This document shows, piece by piece, positions 62,766-64,000 of a stretch of 64,000 bases of DNA. The position numbers and the translations under genes are program-made. The notes under the pieces were generated by a model. It saw only the letters and a program-made list of their open reading frames with translations, made no database searches and was not told the origin of the DNA. Every line of letters begins with the position of its first letter. Position 1 is the first letter of the stretch. The stretch spans positions 472-64,471 of the forward strand of contig CAJOLU010000002.1 of assembly GCA_905235475.1 (NCBI GenBank), read 5' to 3'. The stretch comes from an uncultured Clostridia bacterium (lineage in GTDB: Bacteria > Bacillota > Clostridia > Christensenellales > UBA1242).

Positions 62766-63434
62766 TTACTTAATATTCCAATCTATTGGCTCAATGTTAT
62801 GCTCTTCCAAAAACTTGTTGGCTTTGCTAAAATGTTTGCATCCAAAAAATCCATTATATGCAGAAAGTGGGCTTGGGTGAGCTGCAGTTAAAACAAGGTG
62901 CTTCGTTTTATCAATATTCTCCCCTATTTGTTTGGCGTTATTTCCCCACAACATAAAAACAATTGGTTCTTCTCTCTCGTTTAGTTTTTCAATAATTTTT
63001 TGTGTGATTTGCTCCCAACCTTTGTTCTTATGTGAATTTGCTTGCCCACGCCTAACTGTTAGCACAGAGTTTAAGAGAAGCACACCCTGTTTTGCCCACG
63101 AGGTTAAGTCGCCATGTGTTGGAATTGGGCAACCAACATCGTTATGTATTTCAGTGTAGATATTTGCAAGACTTGGAGGAATGGGAGTGGTTTTTGGAAC
63201 TGAAAACGAAAGCCCCATCGCTTGTTCTGGCTCGTGATATGGGTCTTGTCCAATAATCACAACTTTCACATTTTTATAAGGAACAAGATTAATGGCGTTA
63301 AAAATATCTTCTGCCACTGGATATATAGTGTAGTTTTTATATTCATTTCCCAAAAACTTTTCCAGATTTTTGTAGTTTTCGCTATCAAACTCATCTTTAA
63401 GTATTTCAAACCAATTTTTTGCAATCCTAATCAT
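62766..63434 (-). CDS. ung: Uracil-DNA glycosylase family 1
   Basis: VVIIGQDPYH, PPSL.NI, GVLLLN..LTV, HPSPLSA. Confidence 0.98.
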   Translation of the reverse strand: MIRIAKNWFEILKDEFDSENYKNLEKFLGNEYKNYTIYPVAEDIFNAINLVPYKNVKVVIIGQDPYHEPEQAMGLSFSVPKTTPIPPSLANIYTEIHNDVGCPIPTHGDLTSWAKQGVLLLNSVLTVRRGQANSHKNKGWEQITQKIIEKLNEREEPIVFMLWGNNAKQIGENIDKTKHLVLTAAHPSPLSAYNGFFGCKHFSKANKFLEEHNIEPIDWNIK

Positions 63435-63552
63435 TTTGATCCCCTTATGATTTTATTATATCACACTTTTTTGTTCTAAACAATCCAAAATATTATACAA
63501 AACAAAAATAATATGATATAATTTTGTTGATGAAAAAGTGAGGTGCAAAAGT

Positions 63553-64000
63553 ATGACAGAAAGATATCGTGCAATTATAATCAAAGACGGAAAACTTGTT
63601 GTTATGGAAAGATTTAAGAATGGAAGGCACTATTGGGTTTTCCCAGGTGGTGGACGCGAAGGCGAAGAAACGGAAGCAGAATGTTGTGAAAGAGAGGTTA
63701 TGGAAGAATTTGGCATTGAAGTAAAAGCAAAAAAAATGATTTACTTTATGGAACAATCAGGAACACTTCAAGGGTTTTTTGTTTGCGACTGGATTAACGG
63801 GGAAATACACAAAACAGATGCAGTGGAATATTCTTCATATGATCCAGATGTTTATGGCACATACAACCCAACAACAATTAATGTTGATGAACTTGAAAAC
63901 TATCCAACATTATATCCACAAGAAATAGCAGAGCAACTTATAAAAGATTTAAAACAATATGGAACCGAGTTAAATAGGCCACTTCTCAACTTTAAACTAA
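63553..64000 (+). CDS. NUDIX hydrolase (3' end runs off the window)
   Basis: Translated by hand: MTERYRAIII...WVFPGGGREGEETEAECCEREVMEEFGI contains the Nudix box GX5EX7REUXEEXGU; no stop before base 64000. Confidence 0.88.
   Translation, partial: MTERYRAIIIKDGKLVVMERFKNGRHYWVFPGGGREGEETEAECCEREVMEEFGIEVKAKKMIYFMEQSGTLQGFFVCDWINGEIHKTDAVEYSSYDPDVYGTYNPTTINVDELENYPTLYPQEIAEQLIKDLKQYGTELNRPLLNFKL

Noticed and set aside
47-63756. Numerous 60-150 aa antisense or off-frame ORFs in the track
   Set aside because: They overlap well-supported genes, lack RBS or motifs, and are expected shadow ORFs (e.g. 63493-63756 is antisense to the NUDIX gene).

Overview
AT-rich chromosomal window, standard genetic code, from a Bacillota/Clostridia organism that retains sporulation genes (yqfC-yqfD, yqzL). 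Short intergenics, no T-box leaders and pruned operons suggest a streamlined, probably uncultured lineage (inference). Housekeeping content: rplM-rpsI, cysS, aspS, valS, an ABC-F, a heterodimeric ABC exporter, yqfC-yqfD-ybeY-era-yqzL-recO, dnaG-sigA-trmK, ung and two tRNA-Arg genes. About half the window (~32.6 kb) encodes three giant membrane-anchored beta-sandwich repeat proteins: ~3009 aa with a C-terminal TM, ~5505 aa with an N-terminal TM, and a 2342 aa lipoprotein. The last two form an apparent 23.6 kb operon. A VirD4/TraG-type coupling ATPase sits at the left edge with no mobile-element genes visible. The best candidate for an undescribed system is this set of giant surface proteins plus the apparently chromosomal VirD4, possibly a cell-contact/adhesion apparatus. 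Smaller oddities: a stand-alone GlmU acetyltransferase half, an MFS-CBS fusion with a triplicated terminator-like hairpin in its leader, three operator palindromes before the ABC exporter, an ABC-F with one degenerate ATPase site, three aminoacyl-tRNA synthetases of non-Bacillus type, and an unrecognised membrane protein with a perfect consensus promoter. All calls are by eye from motifs; no database searches were run.
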